DNA from: Torpedo marmorata
Taxonomy: Eukaryota
Reading direction: 5' to 3'
Length of the DNA stretch: 64,000 nucleotides
NCBI GenBank assembly: GCA_977017645.1
Contig: OZ360224.1
Coordinates: 44,702,001-44,766,000 of the forward strand
Under the pieces are notes generated by a model that saw nothing but the letters and a program-made list of their open reading frames with translations, did not search any database and was not told where the DNA came from. Position 1 is the first letter of the stretch. The number at the start of each line of letters is the position of its first letter. Below are positions 1 to 11,825 of the stretch, one piece after another. Position numbers and translations under genes: made by a program.

Positions 1-609
1 GTACCTGATCCCAGTGTATACTCCAAAAGACTTCATCCTTCCTGCTGACCGTCCGCAGTCCAAATGGTCAGTCATGGTCCATAACACAATAAAGGAACCC
101 CAAATATTAGTAAATTTTAGGTTTAATTTAATATTTGAACATCTAATTTTTTCTAATGTTAAATAGAACATTAAACTTGATAGCCAATCTTCATATATAG
201 GAGGATTACCATCCTTCCATTTTAGAAAAATCTGTCGCCTTGCAACCAGAGAAGAAAAAGCAATCACATGTTTTTGATTATGAGTAAGATCATGATTACT
301 AGGATTATTTATACCAAATACTGCTATAAATGGATTTGGATCTAATTGAGTAGCTAAAACCAAAGAAAGAGTACGTAAAATTTTGTTCCAAAATCTAATT
401 ACCGTATATTTCAGCGTATAAGTCGACTCGCAGATAAGTCGACCCCCCTTTTTCAGCCTCATTTTAATGGTTTTATTGTTTATCCGACGTATAAGTCGAC
501 CCCCAAAAATCGCGATGATTGAGCTGATGGGCGTTGACCGGCGTATAGGTTCGCCCACAACGATTGTGCTGATTGAGTTGCTGGGCGTTGGCTGGAAGTG
601 ATTGTTATC

Positions 610-1895
610 ATGGAGACTCAATTGAAGCGACAAAAGTATGAGGCGAGTTTTAAAATAAAAGTGATGGAAATGGCCAAGAATACCAACAACTGTGCTGCTG
701 CAAGAAAATTTGATATATATGAGAAGTTGGTAAGAGATTGGAGGAAGAAAGAAGATACTTTAAGAAAAATACCAAAAAGGCAATGTTCGATGAGAAGAGG
801 AATCACTCATTGGCCAGAGTTGGAAAATCATGTCACAGCATGGGTACGTGAACAGAGGCAAGATTGCTACATAGTCACCCGAAATAAAATAAGAACATTT
901 GCACTGAAGTGGGCAAAGTCGCACCCAGAACTCAGTAATGATTTTGAAGCTACAGTAGGCTGGTGCAACCGTTTCATGAACAGGAAAAATCTGGTATTAC
1001 GACAAAAAACAAAAATTGCTCAGAAACTACCAAAAGATCTTGATCATAAAGTTGTAAGTTTTCACCAGTTTATTTTACGTAACCGGCAGAAACACCAGTT
1101 TACATTGGCAAATATTGGAAACATGGACGAAACCCCCATGAATTTTGACATAATAGGCAATAGAACAGTGGAATGGAAAGGTGCGAAAACTATGCAAACG
1201 AGGAGTACAGGCCATGAAAGGACCAGGTTTACCGTGGTATCGTGCATGGCCAACGGGACAAAGTTAAGACCCATGGTAATCTTCAAACGTAAATTTAAAC
1301 CTAAAATAAATTCCCTGCGAGTATTTTTGTACATTTTCATGAAAAAGGATGGATGGATGAAAATGGTGTAAAACTATGGATAGACAATGTGTGGAACAGG
1401 CGGCCAGGCGGTTTACACAAGGAACGGAGTTTGCTGGTCTGGGATATGTTTCGTAGCCACTTAACTGAGAAGACTAAAAGTAGATTAGCACAACATAATA
1501 CTTACATGGCGGTTATCCCAGGTGGTTTGACGTCTATATTGCAACCTCTCGATGTCTGCTTGAACAAGCCATTCAAAGACCATGTGCGTGAAGAGTGGAA
1601 TACATGGATGTCGAGTGCAGAAAAATCATTTACAAAAGGCGGGGCAATGCGTGCTGCATCGCTTGATGTGCTGTGTGAGTTCGTGCTCAAGGCATGGGAC
1701 AAAGAGGAAGTAGAGACTGTAATAAAATCGTTTAAAAAGTGTGGTATCTCTTGTGCAATTGCTGGTACAGAAGCCGCCTCATCAGATACAGACTGGGACC
1801 CGTACGATGACTGTTTAAACAGTGAGACCCCAGATGTGCTTGCCAAGATCTTTGCCTCAGATGATGATAGCGAAAGTGATTTTGAAGGGTTCTAA
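610..1895 (+). pseudogene. pogo/POGK-like transposase (Brinker-type HTH + CENP-B HTH + DDE_1), split by a frameshift near 1300-1350
   Basis: ORF 598..1371 has KYEASFKIKV..NNCAAARKFDI, WPELE..W, GWCNRFMNR and NMDETP (first catalytic D). ORF 1353..1895 continues with LLVWDMFRSH and QPLDVCLNKPFK; there are 35 residues between the second and third Asp (DD35D). Confidence 0.9.
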
Positions 1896-1959
1896 ATGTC
1901 TTGTTGTTTTCAATAAAAATGTCAATGGAAATTTGTTGCAGTCGGGTTTTTTTTTGGTT

Positions 1960-2100
1960 TACGCCGAATCGGGTTTTCAAGTGTCGACTTATACGCCGAA
2001 TCGGGTTTTCAAGGGTCGACTTATACACCGAATCGGGTTTTCAAGGGTCGACTTATACGCTGAATCGGGTTTTCAAGGGTCGATTTATACGCCGAATCGG
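1960..2100 (+). repeat. 32-bp tandem array (4 full units plus a partial unit) in the right subterminal region of the pogo element
   Basis: Unit CCGAATCGGGTTTTCAAGGGTCGACTTATACG starts at 1964, 1996, 2028, 2060 and 2092; each unit contains the TIR core TCGACTTATACGCCG or a 1-mismatch variant. Confidence 0.92.
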
Positions 2101-2649
2101 CATGGAGTGGTTTTTGAGCTGATTTTAAGGTCTCAAAAGTATATCTGGTGTATAAGTCGACCCCCGTTTTTTGAGAGATTTTTGAGGGTTTCAAGACTCG
2201 ACTTATACGCCGAAATATACGGTAACTTAGGGCACAACCAAAACATGTGAAACATGTACCTTCATGAACATTACATCTATCACACATAGATGATATATTT
2301 GATGAAATGCATGAGATTCTTTGTGACATTTTATTTCCCTTGCAAATTGTTAAATAAATAGAGAATATATCATGTCTCATTTATTAAACTGTGTGAAAAG
2401 CGTGTTGTTCAAGGAACAGATATATCAATTAAAATTAAAAAATAATTGATCATGTGTTTTTTTTATTGAAGATGTGATCATGATATTTATTGCATCTTAG
2501 TTGTAATGCACTTTTTCTAGGGGGTCCAGTTGTAAGAGCTGAGTGTTGGCTGGCAATGTGGAGAAACTTTTTGAAAGACGGAAAAATAATCAATTGTTAT
2601 ACTTGTATGATGCATTTCATGCCCTTTTCACTGTATCCCAAAATGTTTT

Positions 2650-3460
2650 ACTCAATGTCACTAAAACCAAGGAGCTGATTGTTGACTTCAGGAAGGTAAA
2701 ACCAGAGGTGTACGGTCCAGTGATCATTGGTGGAGAGGATGAGCAAATGTAAGTTCTTGGGAGGATTTAAGTTCTATCTCGGAGGATCTTCCTGGATGCA
2801 ACACACTAATGGCATCGTGAAGAAAGCACGTCAGTGCCTCTTCTTCCTCAGGAGTTTGCAGAGGTTTGGTATGACATCAGAAACGCTGGTAATTTTCTAC
2901 AGATGTGTGGTTGAAAGTGTGCTGACTGGCTGCATCACGGTCTGGTATGGGGACACCAATACCCCTGAGCTTAAAGCTCTGCAAAAGGTAGCGGACACAG
3001 CCCAGGACATCACGGGTAATACCCTCCCCATCAACGAGAACATCCACATGGAACGCAGCTGTCAGAGAGCAGCAGCAATCATCAAGAATCCACATCACCC
3101 AGAACATGCTCTGTTCTCGCTGCTACCATCTGGAAAGAGGTATAGGTGCCACAAGACTTGCACTACCAGGTTCAGGAACAACTGCTACCCGTCCACCATC
3201 AGACTGCTCAACAACAAGCTCAATTAGAGACTCATTTAAGGACTCTCACTTTTGCACTGTATTGATTTTTTTTCTCTCTGAATTGCAGCCAGTTTGTTTA
3301 TATTTCTTTATTTGTTTACATGTGTACGTTGTGTACAGTTTTTTTTTTGCACTACCAATAAGTGGTAATTCTGCCTTGCCTGCAGAAAAAAAATAATCTC
3401 AGGGTTGTATGTGATGTCATGTATGAACTCTGACAATAAATCTGAAATCTAAATCTGAAT
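2650..3460 (+). mobile_element. 5'-truncated Rex1/Babar-clade LINE (3' end of RT ORF plus 3' UTR)
   Basis: [67 protein letters not shown]; ends in AATAAA followed by a (TCTGAA)-like tail. Confidence 0.85.
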
Positions 3461-3967
3461 TAGTACATTGCATGTTCTCAAGTGGCAATGTGATGGTGAC
3501 CAGATAATTTGTTCAATTTAAGAGAGTGAGAGATAATTATTGTTCAGAACATTCAGGAATGACACAAGCCTGACACAATTTTTTTCTGACAAGGATAGCT
3601 ATTCCACTTATTTGAAATAGTAAAATGGAATATTTAACAAAACAATAGTAAAAGAAAGATCTACAAGAATGTATGCAAGCATTTAAATTTAACCATGTTT
3701 GGACAGGTACTGTATGTTAAATAAATGCTTTTTTTATCAACTATTGCATTTAATCAATAACTTTCATAATTTTCTTTCATATTTACCAGCTTCATAATTG
3801 CAGTTTCTTGCCCAGAAAATTCTGATATCCCAATATCTGCATGGTGAAAGATCACAATTTAACAAATCTGGTGTGTTGTACACATTTTTACCAAACACAT
3901 GACATTGAATTTGAATTTGGCACAGGATAATAGCATTGAATGGTGATATTTGACCAGCTATCTGTTA

Positions 3968-4195
3968 TATTCAAGTAAAGACACAATGCTGGAGAAACTC
4001 AGCTGGTCAACAGTGTACTATATATAGCAAAGATAAAGATACATAACCGATGTTTCAGGCTTGAGCCCTTCAAGGTAGGCATATCCGACGTTTTGGGCTT
4101 GAACCCTTCATCAAGATACATTGTTTGACCAGCTGAGTTTCTCCAGCATTGTGTTTTTACTTCAACCACGATGTCTGGAGACTTTCATGTTTCAC
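3968..4195. mobile_element. Fold-back mini-element derived from a Penelope-like terminal repeat, with two tandem hammerhead-like motifs
   Basis: Perfect 30-bp inverted repeat, 3981-4010 versus 4125-4154; sequence homologous to the termini of the Penelope copies at about 11830 and 19172; minus-strand TTGA(TGA)AGGG-stem-RAAAC motifs at 4046-4076 and 4085-4116. Confidence 0.75.
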
Positions 4196-4201
4196 ATTTG
4201 T

Positions 4202-5520
4202 TCAAGTCAAGTCAAGTCAAGTTTATTGTCATCTGATTGTACAAGTACAACCCAACGAAACAGCGTTCTCCGGTCCTTGGTGCAAAAACATGCAGACACA
4301 CAACCAGACATTACACACATACAAACAAAATAATACATATGCAGGACAAGTATTATATCTATAAAAATAAATAAATAAATATTGTTTTGTACAAATGAGC
4401 GTCTCGGATGGTTAGTGTGATCAATTCCTTTGGTCGTTCAGCATTCCTACTTCCTGTGGGAAGAAGCTGTTCCTCAGCCTGCTGGTGCCGGCTATGATAC
4501 TCCTGTATCTCTTCCCCAATGGGAGCAGCTGAAAGATGCTGTGTGCAGGGTGGAAGGGCTCCTCAATGATTTTGCGCACCCTTTTCAGACAAAGATCCCA
4601 GTAGATCGTGTCGATGGGGGGAGGGAGATTCCAGTGATCCTCTCTGCCATTCTTATGGTCCTGTGGATTGACTTTCGATCCATTTCTCTGCAGCAACCAT
4701 ACCACACTGTGATGCAGCCAGCCAGGACGCTCTCGATAGAGCTCCTGAAGAAGGTTGACATGATGGAGGCCAGTAGCCTTGCCCGCTTCATTCTTCTCTG
4801 GAAATGCAGTCGTTGTTGTGCCTTCCTGACAAGTGAGGAGATGTTGAGTGTCCACGATAGGTCACTAGTTAAGTGAACTCCAAGGAACGTGGTACTCTCC
4901 ACTCTCTCTACTACAGAGTTGTTGATGTGTAGTGGAGGGTGGTCATTCCTGGTCCTCCTGAAGTCCATGATAATCTCCTTCGTCTTGTCCATGTTGAGAC
5001 TCTCGCACCATTTCACAAGATTTTCCACCTCTTCTCTGTAGTGCGACTCATTGTTGTTGCTGATGAGACCAACTACTGTTGTGTCATCTGCAAACTTGAT
5101 GACACTGTTGGAGCTGGATCTGGTGATGCAGTCGTGGGTCAGTAGCGTGAACAGGAGCGGACTGAGCACACAGCCCTGAGGTGCGCTAGTGCTCAGAGTG
5201 ACGGTGCTCAATTTTCTGCTACCAACCCGGACAGACTGTAGTCTTTCCGTTAGGAAGTCTAGGATCCAATTACAGAGATGGGTGTTGAGTCCCAGCGAGG
5301 ACAGCTTTTCCACCAGCCTCTGGGGAATGATCGTATTAAACGCCGAGCTGAAGTCAATGAACAGCAGCCTGGCATATGAGGCGTCGTTCTCCAGGTGGGC
5401 CAGGACGGAAGCGACAAGGCTATAGCATCGTGTGTGGAACAGTTTCTTCTCTAGGCAAATTTAAATGGATCCAGTGTCTCTGGAAGGTGTGCTTTGATGC
5501 GTTCCTTCACCAGACACTGT
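4202..5520 (-). mobile_element. 5'-truncated Rex1/Babar-clade LINE
   Basis: ORF 4585..5313 contains [19 protein letters not shown] and [12 protein letters not shown]; 3' end is AATAAA plus a (CTTGA)n tail at 4202-4227. Confidence 0.9.
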
Positions 5521-7110
5521 TATAGGCATTAGCACCGTTTGTGCTGCCACCAGGACAAATTTCTGCCTTGGTGACCTTTGGTCAAAACAGTCAACAATAC
5601 AAAATTCCTCACTTGTTAGTTGCAATGACAGGTCACTCTGATGATAGTGCATCCAATTAACAGTACTCTGCCCCATTTCATCAACAGGTAGTTTTCCTTC
5701 ACTGAAATTACAATATGTTTACTCCTTTCATTTTTTGCCCCCATAATACGTGCCAAGATATCGCAATATAAGATACATCACTATTGACATGGTGGTCAGA
5801 TAAAATAGTGCTCATTTATGCCCCCACACTACACATAAAAGCATAAGTTGATGGTGAATGTAATTAATTAGTCAATTGCATTTTAATGAGACAAAATACA
5901 GAAGAAACTTCAAATGTTCATTCATATTAATGAGAAATTACTTGTGTACATCATCCACCTCCCCACTTGTACTTCTGAATGTTCATCATGTACAATACAG
6001 TAATTAAAACTATTAATCTGCAATTACAAAGCAAAACATGTTTTTAAAGACACCTGTTACTATTAAAGATACTCTGCTTATGTGCAGAACTATTCAAGCA
6101 AAGAACTGCAAATATTTAAATATTACATGAGAGAAAGACACACTAAGTCCATGACATTCTACATACTGTAGTCATATTGAGGTCTTCTGTCTTGGCAGAA
6201 GTTATGATCTCATTAAACCCTTTACAAGGAACATTAAATGGTTCAGTGGCTATTCACATTTATTGCCAGCTTCTACCAGGCATTCTGAGTTGTTTATTCT
6301 GAAACTCAGCACTTATCAATCCAAAAGAAGGGCATCTTTCTCTGGCTTACTTACTTTAGCAAAACATTTTTATAACCTTTACTTGTAGCAGTCTGCAGCA
6401 AGTCAACTTGATAAAGAAAATCCTGCAATTTCTAATAGCTTAATGATGTTGCACATAAACAGATATAGTCAGACTAAAGGCAATCTCCCTGGAGTGCTTT
6501 ATAATTCCCCACCCACTATTGGGTAAAATCCCAGTGGGAGGTCTGTTGCCAGTGGGTGTGCTACACTTTATATAAATTGAGCTTAACCTGGCCATAAGAA
6601 TGGGGTCACTTTATTTCTGCTCCATTCAACTTCCACCCAAAAACGCTTCACCAGAATTATTCAAGTCCAGGATCCAACCACAAAAAGGATAGGATTGTGA
6701 AAAGATGGTTGCCAAAACACCAGTAAAGCCCAAGACAATGTCATCAGTAGATTTACTAAATTACATCAAACAAATTTATGTCTCTAACCGATTATTTAAC
6801 CAACATTAATCTAACTCTGTTTAAGTATATTGATATTTCTAGGAATATGCTAGCACACTTTATAAGGAAGGAAAATTATTCTGTTCTATGATCTCTTTTG
6901 AGGTTGATATTCTTTAAGAAACATTGATGACACCTTGGATACACTGGACTGGCAGAATCATTATTATTGATCGACAACTATTGTTTCTTGTGAGAGTATT
7001 CAACTTATTCAGATGCTTTTTTTTCTGATGAAGTGGCTGAGACTAATGAATTGTAAAAATATTGAACAGCACAGAAATAATTATGTGGCACTTTGACAAC
7101 TGTTAACCAT

Positions 7111-9102
7111 TTCATAGAGTACAGAACAGGTCCTTTGGCCCAACTCATCCCTGCCAACTAAGTTGCCTGGATTTGGACCAAATTCTTCTAAGCTCTTCCT
7201 ATCCATAAACTTGCCCAAGTATCTATTGAATGCCCACTTCTACAGCTTCGTTTGGCAGTTAATTCATGATATGGACCATTCTTTGAGTAAGAACATTGCC
7301 CCTCAGTTCCCTCTTAAATCTCCCCCCTCTCACCATAAAGCTATGCCCTTAATTTCTGGAATCATCTACCCTGGGAAAAACGACTATGAGCATTTAATTT
7401 ATCCATGCCTCTCATGATTTATAAACTTCTATCAGATCATCCCTCAGCCTCCTACATCCTAGGGAATGTAGACCCAGCCTATCCAATCACTCAAGTCCCC
7501 CAATCCCAGTAATATCCTGATAAAGTTTCCCTATACTCCTTCAGATTTATTGATGTCATTCCTATTGCTCAGTGACCAGAACTGTACAGAGTTCTCTACC
7601 AAAGCCTTGTACAGCTGAATCATGAGGTCCCATCTTTTGTACTCAATTTCCCACCCAATGAAGGAAAGTGCATCAAATGCCCTGGTCACCACCTTGTCCA
7701 CCTGAATTCCCACTTTCAAGGATTTATGCAACTGTACGATCTCTCTGTTTTACAACACTCTCCAGGGTCCTGCTATACACTATGTAAATCCTATACTGGT
7801 TTGACTTAACAAAGTGCAACACTTCATACTTGTGAGAGTTGAGTTCCATTTGTTATTCCTCGGCCCACCTTCCCAAATAATCTCGATCTCGTTCTAAACT
7901 TAACTATCTTTCTCACCATCCACTGCATGCCAATGTTGGTGTCATCAGCAAATTTACTGATCATGTGAACAACATTGCCATCCAAGTAGTTACTATGGAT
8001 AACAAATAAAAGTGGACCCAGTACTGACACCTGCAGCACATCACTGGTCACAGGCCTCCAGTCAGAAAAAGATCCCTGCACCATTACCCTCTACCTCCTT
8101 CCACTCAGCCAGTTTTGAATCCAATGGGCCAGCTCACATTGGATCCCACAGTGATCTTACCTTCCAGACCAACCTGCCATCTGGGACCTTGTTAAAGGCT
8201 TTGTTAAAGTTCATATATACAATGTCCACTGCCCTGCCCTCATCAATTCCCTTTGTCACCTCTTCAAAAGTGTTACCAAATGCATGAGACATGATCTGTT
8301 ATTCATGAATCCATGCTGACTATCTCTAATCAATCCCTGACTATACAAATGCTGGTAGATCCTGTCCCTCAGAATCCCCTCCACCAATTTTCTGATGACT
8401 GATGTCATGCTCACCAACCTGTAGTTCGCTGGCTTGCCCTTTTAAAATAATGGTGCAATATTAGTCACCCTCCATTCTTCTGCCACTACATCTCAGAGGC
8501 CAATGATGACGTAAATATCTCATCAAGGGCCTCCACAATTTCTTCCCTCACTTCCCATGGAGGGGGGGGGGGGACGAGGTTGTACTCCATCAGGCCCTGG
8601 GGATTTGTCCACTTTAAATGCTCCAAGGCTGCAAAGACCTCCTCTCTAAGTACTGCTTGTATGGTCCAGGACATCACAACTCACTTGCTTCAATTACTGG
8701 CTTTCATGATATTCTACAAATGAAAAATGATGAGAAATATTTAATTTAATTTATTTTTTTTCTTAATTTACAGATTTAAATCTCACCCATCACCTATGGT
8801 GATACAAAGACAGCTCTGTTGATCTTTAATGAGGGAATTCTATCCCTAACCAACCATTTACCCTGAAATATACCTGAAGAATCTCTTTGGAATTTCCTTT
8901 ATCTTGCCTGCCAGATCCATCTCATGTCCACTTTTTGTCCTTCTGATTTCCCTCCTATACTTCCAATTTTCATCAAGGGATATGTTTGATCCAGACCACT
9001 TATGACTGACATATGCCTCATTCTTTTTCCTGACCAAAGCCTCAAAATCCCTTGTCAACCAGGGTTCCTTAAACTTGCCTGCCTTGCCCTTCACCCTAAC
9101 AG
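7111..9102 (-). mobile_element. Decayed CR1 LINE (ORF2 fragments plus 3' end)
   Basis: KFKEPWLTRDFEALVRKKNEAY, DWRPVTSDVLQVSVLGPLLFVI..ISKFADDTNIG, GIQVDKVVTRAF..QLYKALV; many stops and frameshifts. Confidence 0.85.
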
Positions 9103-9106
9103 GCCT

Positions 9107-9595
9107 GAGCTTATTAAGCTGGAAAGGGTACAAGAAAGATTCACAAGGTTGTTGCTGGGTCTGGTAGGCTTGAATTACAAGGAGAGGATGGATAGGCTGG
9201 GACTTTTCTCCTTCAAGTATCGGAGGCTGAAGGGAGTGTCTTATAATGGTTTATAAAATCATGAGGGGCATAGATAAGGCAAATGGTCATCAGCTTTTTC
9301 CCAAGGTAGGGGAACCTAAAACTAGAGGACATAGATTTAAGGTGATAGGGATAAGATACAAAAAGGACTTAAAAGGCTCCTTCTTCACACAGAGGGCAGT
9401 GGGTATATGGAATTAGCTGCCAGAGGAAGTGATAGAAACAGGGACATTTGTAATGGTCAAAAGACAGGTACATGGAGAAGAAGGTTTTAGAGGGATATGG
9501 GCCAAACACTAACAAATGGGACTAGTTTGTTTGGCATGGACGTTGGGCTGAAGGGCCTGTTTATATGTTGTAGAATTCTAAGGCTCTATGACTCT
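9107..9595 (+). mobile_element. CR1 LINE 3' fragment
   Basis: LIKLERVQERFTRLLLGLVGLNYKERMDRLGLFSFKYRRLKG, ACTAGAGGACATAGATTTAAGGTG, GGGCTGAAGGGCCTGTT followed by a (TCTATGA)-like tail. Confidence 0.85.
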
Positions 9596-9714
9596 TCTGC
9601 ATTCTGAAACTATGTCAACCATTAGGCACACATTTACACCAATCCTACACTAATCACATTTTATTCTCCTTACATTCCCATCATCTCCCCCCCCCCCCCA
9701 GAATTTACCTCTCA

Positions 9715-10915
9715 CCTGCACAATTTGGAATATTTACAGTGGCCAATTGTTTTTTTGATGTGTGTGGAAACCACAATACCCAGAAGAACCACGCAGTCAC
9801 AAGGAGGACATGCATATTCCACAAAGATGGCACCAGAGGTCAGGATTGAACCCAGGTCACTGGAGCTGTGAGGCAGCAGTCAGTGGCGGATTAACTACCA
9901 CCCGGGCCCTAGGCTGAGTTTTAGTAAGGCCCCCCCTGACCTTGCCCCCCTGCCCCATGGCCCCCACCCTTCGTTGAATAGAATAAAGTGAAATTGTTCC
10001 ATTTATTAGCCTTTGGGCGTGATGTCCTCACATATTCTAAATTTATCTGCCAGGTATGTGCTGGGAATTCACCAGTTGGTGTTTGGTCGGAGGAGGGGAG
10101 GAAAAACTTCATTAAAATCAAACAAAACTTTACCTTACAGAAGCCGTCTGCTCGCCCCAAATAATTTGAAAAGTCTGTTAGTTACAAAAGGATAAATAAA
10201 ATCAGTTCTAAAAAAAACAGTCTCGATACAAAATAACACAGGAGAAGGGAGAGTCTTTTTAAAAAAAGTAAACCTCAGCTCCACAGAAATATAGTGATAG
10301 TTAAGAGTCTTTACCTCCTGTAGACGCTGCGTGACCTGTTGAGTTCCTCCAGCATTTCCGAGTTTTTACTTTGCAAAAGAAGCGCGGTCCCCCTCCCCCT
10401 CCCCCTCAGGGCGCCCAGCGCGCAGGTGTGAGTGTGCATGATTGACAGTTTTCATTGCCGAATCCGACGGGGAGAATGGGACATGTGGTGGCGATTGGCC
10501 TGGAGGCGGGTCCAAGAGAGTGATAGGTTTCCGAGTCGAGCATTGGAGGAAGATGGGGAGCGGGGATGAGTGGGTGGGTGCTGTGCATGATGTTGTCATT
10601 ACGGGAGATCACGTGGTTTAGTTGCAGTTCGTGTATTCTTTTTAAGGCGGGCGAGATGGAACAGTTTCTGCACCGCTTTGCATTGTGGGTAAAAATGCTG
10701 ACATCTCTCTTGCTGTGCCCCATGTTAAGAATTCTGCTCCGGCAGCACTGCACCCCAGTGACGGGTGGACCCAGGACTAACGCGAGCCCATATTGACATG
10801 TGGTTACATTGGTGTACCAGTGGTTGTGACAGGCCCCCTTACCATCCGGGCCCCTAGGCTTCAGCCTAATGGTTAATCCGCCACTGGCAGCAGTCCAACT
10901 AGTTGTGCCACCCTG
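9715..10915 (-). mobile_element. tRNA-derived V-SINE (HE1-like), interrupted by a hAT MITE
   Basis: Minus strand reads GGTGGCACAACTAGTTGG-ACTGCTGC[insertion]CTCACAGCTCCAGTGACCTGGGTTCAATCCTGACC..ATGTCCTCCTTGTGACTGCGTGG, giving A box, B box and V-domain-like sequence. Confidence 0.75.
9881..10886. mobile_element. Non-autonomous hAT-type DNA transposon (1006 bp)
   Basis: Perfect 15-bp TIRs CAGTGGCGGATTAAC / GTTAATCCGCCACTG; exact 8-bp TSD GCAGCAGT at 9873-9880 and 10887-10894; subterminal GGGCCC motifs; no transposase. Confidence 0.92.
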
Positions 10916-11825
10916 ATTGATACAATTTTAACACTGCAAACATAAAGCTAACAGGAACATTAAAGTTGTGGAACTATGGCTCAATGTATTTAATTTTAGA
11001 TTGAAGCTAAGTCAAGAAACTCCTTACTTCATTAAATAAGAAGTCAAATTGGCCATATAATTATAGGATTCTATTTGACAATGTGCATCCCCTTCCCCTG
11101 TGATTGGATTTCCATTGATTATACAATAACATTAGTATTTGAAAATGTGTGATTGATATTTTTGTAAATGATGCACTTCCTGTGCAAATATTACACACAG
11201 TAACCTTTCCAGTGCAATTTATTTTACATGTTGAGGGTGTATATTGAAAACTTTAATGGTGAGGAAAATAAGGGTGGTGCTTGTCTCCATTTTTAATAAG
11301 AAACTCCAGTGGGTAAACTGTTGTATGGAGTATAGGAATGATCCCAATTCTGTAATATCTGGTGTAAGGAAATGCTTATGTTTCAGCTGCTGTGATAAAT
11401 CTTTTCTACACATTGACCGTGATATGATTCTTCCTGAAAGCTCAGCAACCAGTAAAGATGATTAACCAAGATATGGATCATTATTTTATGGACCATCATA
11501 GGAGTATTAAATATTGCATCATGCAAATAAGATTGAGTTCAGATGTGCAGCTGACTCTCTCCAGTGTGCAAGGCCAGCAAAGTGCCTTCACTTCCTTCAT
11601 TTGATTATTTTCCAAAACTCCACTTCACAGCATGATCTTGAATTCTGCACATGGCGTACAGGAACCCCTTCTGTTCAATGCCTTGAAGGACCAAACCATA
11701 AAGAACATTTGTTTGGCACATGCTTTATGTGCCACAAGCTTCAACTGCACTGAGACTTTGCTGTTGGTGAAGACAAGAGAATAAGATCAGATTACCCTTC
11801 TGAGCTTGGTTGTAGAAAATTGCTG

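Larger units (their letters stand above)
402..2222 (+). mobile_element. Full-length pogo-superfamily DNA transposon (Passer/POGK-like, DD35D), transposase frameshifted
   Basis: TIRs CCGTATATTTCAGCGTATAAGTCGA (402-426) and TCGACTTATACGCCGAAATATACGG (2198-2222), 1 mismatch in 25 bp; TA dinucleotide on both sides (400-401, 2223-2224); transposase ORFs inside. Confidence 0.93.

Noticed and set aside
598-1895. Domesticated host gene POGK
   Set aside because: Intact TIRs, TA TSD and a frameshift, with no KRAB exon, indicate a transposon copy rather than the host gene.
1960-2100. CRISPR-like array of 32-bp repeats
   Set aside because: Units are head-to-tail with no unique spacers, lie inside a eukaryotic transposon end, and there are no cas genes.
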